Part shown: positions 49,657 through 53,374 of the stretch, in pieces
How positions within the stretch are numbered: position 1 is the first letter of the stretch
Layout: the number at the start of each line of letters is the position of its first letter
Program-made: the position numbers and the translations under genes
The notes under the pieces: model-generated
Database searches by the model: none
What the model saw: only the letters and a program-made list of their open reading frames with translations
Told to the model about the DNA's origin: nothing
Assembly: GCA_027451505.1 (NCBI GenBank)
Contig: DAIDJD010000143.1
Coordinates: 1-53,374 of the forward strand
Reading direction: 5' to 3'
Source: a candidate division FCPU426 bacterium
GTDB lineage: Bacteria; Oederibacteriota; JAJYGY01; DAIDJD01
DNA length: 53,374 nucleotides

Positions 49657-50210
49657 GCACGTCGCCCGAAGAACTCGACCGCAAGGTCGCCGAACTGGAG
49701 GGCCGGCTTTCCCGCCTGGAGGGATCCGCGCCGGAGGACCGCCTCAGCATGGTGGTGATGAGCGGGGACCTGGACCACCTGCTGGCCGCGTTCATCATCG
49801 CCACCGGCGCCAGCGCCATGTTCGAGAAGGTGAGCATGTTCTTCACCTTCTGGGCCACGGCGGCGCTGCGCGACCCCAAACTGGCCCCGCCCCGCAAGGA
49901 CGTGATGGGAGCCGCCTTCGGCGCGCTGCTGCCGAAGGGGCCCCCCAAGTTGGGCCTTTCCCGGATGCACTTCTGCGGCCTGGGAACCTCCGTGCTGAAG
50001 CGCCTGATGAAGAGCAAGGGGGTGCGCTCCCTGGACGAACTGATCGCGCTGGCGGCGGAGGGGGGCGTGGAGATCTTCGTCTGCGAGATGAGCATGAACC
50101 TCATGGGCATGCGCCGCGAGGAGCTCATCGACTACCCCGGGTTGAAGCTCGCCGGGGTGGCCACCTTCCTCCAGCGGGCGGGAGCCTCCAAGGCGTCGCT
50201 GTTCATCTGA
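49653..50210 (+). CDS. DsrE/DsrF/DrsH-like (DsrE2-type) sulfurtransferase/peroxiredoxin-like protein
   Basis: SMVVMSGDLD...AFIIATGA...MFFTFW...LSRMHFCGLG...CEMSMNLMG...AGVATFL. Confidence 0.92.
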   Translation: MSTSPEELDRKVAELEGRLSRLEGSAPEDRLSMVVMSGDLDHLLAAFIIATGASAMFEKVSMFFTFWATAALRDPKLAPPRKDVMGAAFGALLPKGPPKLGLSRMHFCGLGTSVLKRLMKSKGVRSLDELIALAAEGGVEIFVCEMSMNLMGMRREELIDYPGLKLAGVATFLQRAGASKASLFI

Positions 50211-51006
50211 ACGCCCCTGGGACCGCGGGCGCCGCCTCCGCGCCCGCCCCCGCGGGGGCGTCGGGGGCCCGGTTGAGCCTGCTCCGACGCAGGCGCCAAT
50301 CCGGCATCCGGCGGTCCAGGATGGCCCGGAAACGGGGCCCGTGGGTTCGGACCAAAAGGTGGGCCCATTCGTGCGTGAGGATGTATTCCAGGGCCTCCGG
50401 GGGCCGGCGGGCGAGTTCCAGGGCCAGGGTGATGGTCCGGGTGCGTATCGCGCAGCTCCCCCAGCGGGTGCGCATGGCGCGCACCCTTATCCGCGCCGCG
50501 TCCACCCCCAGGGCCTCCCGGAGCCCCGGCGCGAGCCGCAGGGCGGCGCCGACCAACTCCCTGGCGTACCAGCGCTCCACGGCCGCCGCGCGGATCCCCT
50601 GAGGCGCCGCTTCGGGAACCCGCAAATCCAGGATCCCATCGACCGCGGCTTCGGCCCGGGCCCGCGATCCGCCCGCGCGCACCCGCAGGATCCAGCGGGC
50701 GCCCCAGACCGTGAGAGCCTCCCCGTCCCGGTATTGGGGAGGGGACACCGGCGGCGGAAGGGCCCGACGCCGGCGAAGCACCCACTCCCGATGGTCCAGG
50801 ATGAAACTGAGGATGGACGCATCGGTGGCCCGCAGCGGGGCCGAAACGTGCAGGGCCCCATCGGGCGGGCGCAGGCTGAGGCGCAGGGTGCGGATGGCCT
50901 TGCGCCGGACCGTGGCGCTCAGGTCGCCGGCGGCCAGCGTGTAGGGGATCCCGGCGCGCGGCGCGGGTTCCGGGCTTCGCGGTGATGGGAAGGGCCAGGG
51001 GGGCAT
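50203..51006 (-). CDS. YgjP/SprT-like (M48-type) zinc metallohydrolase; start uncertain
   Basis: VSAP, MRTRWGSC, YILTHEWAHL, HGPRF. Confidence 0.9.
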   Translation of the reverse strand: MPPWPFPSPRSPEPAPRAGIPYTLAAGDLSATVRRKAIRTLRLSLRPPDGALHVSAPLRATDASILSFILDHREWVLRRRRALPPPVSPPQYRDGEALTVWGARWILRVRAGGSRARAEAAVDGILDLRVPEAAPQGIRAAAVERWYARELVGAALRLAPGLREALGVDAARIRVRAMRTRWGSCAIRTRTITLALELARRPPEALEYILTHEWAHLLVRTHGPRFRAILDRRMPDWRLRRSRLNRAPDAPAGAGAEAAPAVPGAFR

Positions 51007-51121
51007 GGGCCGATGCGGCTCCTAGCGGCGGGAGGGGGCTCGCGGTATTTTATACCCGGACGCGGGTCCGGGTGCGATGCTAACCAAGGGCCGGAAAAAG
51101 TGTCCCCGACCGGAGGTGGCC

Positions 51122-51928
51122 ATGCAGGATGATCGGATCAAACCCGGGACCAAGGTGAGGCTGAAGGACTGGGACACCCGTCCGCCCGAGGAAGGCGATG
51201 CCTTCAAGCGCGAAGCCCGGGAACGGCTGGAGTCCCTGGTGGGGCGCCTGGCCGAGCTCCAGCATCTGCTGTACGCCCAGCGCCGGCACCGGGTTTTGGT
51301 GGTGCTCCAAGGCATGGACACCTCGGGCAAGGACGGCACCATCAAGGCCGTGTTCTCGGGGGTCAGCCCTTCGGGCCTGAGGGTCGTTTCGTTCAAGGCC
51401 CCCACCCAGCCTGAGCTGGAGCGCGACTTCCTCTGGCGCGTGCACCGGGAGGTCCCCGCCGACGGCGAACTGGTGGTGTTCAACCGCAGCCATTACGAGG
51501 ACGTGCTGGCGGTGCGGGTCCGCGGCCTGCGCCCCGAGGAGGTCTGGCGCAGGCGCTACCGCCACATCGCCGAATTTGAGCGGCTCCTGGCCGAGGAAGG
51601 CACCCTGGTGCTGAAGTTCTTCCTGCATATCTCCAAGGCCACCCAGAAGAAGCGCCTCGAGGAGCGCCTCGCCCAAAAGGACAAGAATTGGAAGTGGGAC
51701 CCGTCCGACCTCCGGGACCGGGAGTCCTGGGACGCCTTCCAGGGGGCCTATGAGGAGGCCCTGGAGCGCACCGCCTCCGACCACGCCCCCTGGTTCGTGG
51801 TTCCCTCGGACAAGAAATGGTGGCGGGACCTGTCCGTGGCCCGGAGCCTCGTGGAGGCCCTCGAGGGACTGAAGATGCGCTACCCCACCCCCAAGATGGA
51901 CGTCCAAACCATCCGCATCGGCGACTGA
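51122..51928 (+). CDS. ppk2: Polyphosphate kinase 2 (class III-like)
   Basis: QGMDTSGKDG Walker A, FKAPT, FNRSHYEDV, KFFLHISK, APWFVVPSDKKW. Confidence 0.95.
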   Translation: MQDDRIKPGTKVRLKDWDTRPPEEGDAFKREARERLESLVGRLAELQHLLYAQRRHRVLVVLQGMDTSGKDGTIKAVFSGVSPSGLRVVSFKAPTQPELERDFLWRVHREVPADGELVVFNRSHYEDVLAVRVRGLRPEEVWRRRYRHIAEFERLLAEEGTLVLKFFLHISKATQKKRLEERLAQKDKNWKWDPSDLRDRESWDAFQGAYEEALERTASDHAPWFVVPSDKKWWRDLSVARSLVEALEGLKMRYPTPKMDVQTIRIGD

Positions 51929-51953
51929 GCCGGGGACGCCGCGGCCCCGGGCG

Positions 51954-53374
51954 TCAACGCACCACCGCGACCTTCAGGAAAGACCGCGAAAGGGGCGCCC
52001 CTGAGGCGCCCGCCCGGGAGAACTCCAGCACCGCGATGTACACGCCCGAGGCCAGCCCCGAGGTCGGGAAGATCAACGCGGCGGTTCCCCCCAACTCCCG
52101 CTCCACCAGGGAGCCCCGAACGTCATAAAGCAGGCCCTCCACCAAACCCCCCGCGACCGGGTTGTAGTCCACGGTCAGCGGCGTCCCGGCCATGGCTGGA
52201 TTGGGGCCGAACTTCAGGCCCGACAGGCCCCCCTGGTCCACGGACACCACATTGAAGCTCTTGGCGATCACGACGCGGCTGGCCCCTTCCTCGGAGAAGT
52301 AGACCAAGTCGGCGGTGTAGACGCCCGAGGCCACGGGGGAACCCGCGTCGCTGAGCCCGTCCCAGGAGGTCTGGGCCGGCGCGCCCCCCGAGGCCTCCGA
52401 AAGGTCGAACACCAGGGGATTTCCGGCCTTCCCCGTGGCCGGGTCATAAGCGGGCGCCCAGGTGGTGACGGGAAGGCTGAAGCCCACCACCCCGCCGGCG
52501 GAGGTCGGCAAGGTCAGCCTTCGGACGACCTCCCCCGAACTGTCGTAGATCACCAGGGAATTCTGGGGCCCTTCGTCGATGACCTGGATCGACCGGTCCA
52601 GGGTGGTGGCCTGGCCGAAGGTGTTCAGGTACTGGACCTCGATTTCGTAGATGCCGGAGGCCACCAACTGCCCGCCGCTGTTGAGCGCGGACCACACCAA
52701 CACGTCCGAGGCCGAACCGCTGGGCATCTTCAAGTATCCCGGGAAGGTGATGTGGACGCTGCCGTCGGGCCCCTGCGACCCGCCGTTGATGACCGTGGAA
52801 CTGAGCGTCAACTGGCCCGGGACGTATTCCGCGCTGCCGTTGAAGAGGGTATCCACCAACTCGCCGGCGCTGTTGTAGACGCCCACGGTCAATTGGTCGC
52901 CGCCGGGGAACGGGGTCGGCGACGCCGTGGGGCTGTCCGACGCAGTGGGGCTGGCCGTATAGGTCGGGCTGGGCGTGGGCGTGGGGCTGCGGGTCGCTGT
53001 GTCCGTGACCGTCGGCGTCGAGGTCCAGGATGGCGTGGCGGTGGGGGTCGCCGATGGGCTCGGCGAGTCGGTGAAGGTGGCCGACTTCGTGGCCGTGTCC
53101 GACGCCGTGAAACTCGCCGTGGGCGTGGCCGTGGCCGTGGCCGTGGGCGAGTCGGTGGAAGTGGAGGACTGGGTGGCCGTGTCCGACGCCGTGAAGCTCG
53201 CCGTGGGCGTCGCCGTGGCCGTGGCCGTGGGTGAATCGGTGGAGGTGGAGGACTGGGTGGCCGTTTCCGACGGCGTGAAGCTCGCCGTCCACGACGCCGT
53301 GGGCGTGGAGGTCGGGGTGCCCGTGGCCGTGTCCGAGGACGTGAAGGTCGGGGTGGCCGTGGGGGAGGACGTCG
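51954..53374 (-). CDS. C-terminal part of a large extracellular protein: Thr/Ser/Pro-rich stalk plus FlgD-Ig/T9SS-CTD-like domains (5' end outside the window)
   Basis: The frame of the 51954..52892 ORF appears to stay open upstream as TATRSPTPTPSPTYTASPT...; three VYNSAGELV/IYDSSGEVV/LYDVRGSLV ... ASGxY modules follow. Confidence 0.85.
   Translation of the reverse strand, partial: TSSPTATPTFTSSDTATGTPTSTPTASWTASFTPSETATQSSTSTDSPTATATATPTASFTASDTATQSSTSTDSPTATATATPTASFTASDTATKSATFTDSPSPSATPTATPSWTSTPTVTDTATRSPTPTPSPTYTASPTASDSPTASPTPFPGGDQLTVGVYNSAGELVDTLFNGSAEYVPGQLTLSSTVINGGSQGPDGSVHITFPGYLKMPSGSASDVLVWSALNSGGQLVASGIYEIEVQYLNTFGQATTLDRSIQVIDEGPQNSLVIYDSSGEVVRRLTLPTSAGGVVGFSLPVTTWAPAYDPATGKAGNPLVFDLSEASGGAPAQTSWDGLSDAGSPVASGVYTADLVYFSEEGASRVVIAKSFNVVSVDQGGLSGLKFGPNPAMAGTPLTVDYNPVAGGLVEGLLYDVRGSLVERELGGTAALIFPTSGLASGVYIAVLEFSRAGASGAPLSRSFLKVAVVR
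53089..53290 (-). repeat. 84-bp tandem coding repeat (about 2.4 copies)
   Basis: Units begin at 53089, 53173 and 53257 and encode TASFTASDTATQSSTSTDSPTATATATP. Confidence 0.88.

Noticed and set aside
53089-53290. CRISPR array
   Set aside because: The repeats are contiguous, in-frame 84-bp coding units with synonymous variation, no unique spacers and no cas genes.

Overview
High-GC (about 70% by eye) bacterial chromosomal segment, probably from a diderm, since it encodes LolA and a BamE-like lipoprotein. The left part is housekeeping: recR-ybaB-dnaX-SRP RNA, then a long minus-strand run rnj-ftsK-lolA-rodZ-yajQ-HEAT protein-rimO-pgsA-pgpA-GT4, and a mitochondrial-type aconitase. The middle holds tRNA-Glu(CTC) with a structured leader, a lower-GC toxin-antitoxin islet, small stress genes, guaB, tandem PilZ genes, fadD, an Mrp lacking its CxxC, a secreted multi-domain glycoside hydrolase, fadIJ and an asnB-like gene. 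The standout is a seven-gene redox/sulfur operon at 44372-50210: divergent MvhD-like, TusA, two complementary HdrA-like flavoproteins, a small winged-helix-like protein, a QmoC-like membrane FeS/cytochrome b and DsrE2. It sits behind a near-consensus sigma70 promoter with a perfect 24-bp AT palindrome, and no HdrB, AprAB or hydrogenase is present in the window. The window ends with ppk2 and the C-terminus of a large Thr/Ser/Pro-repeat protein with FlgD/T9SS-CTD-like domains. All calls come from motif recognition by eye; no searches were run.
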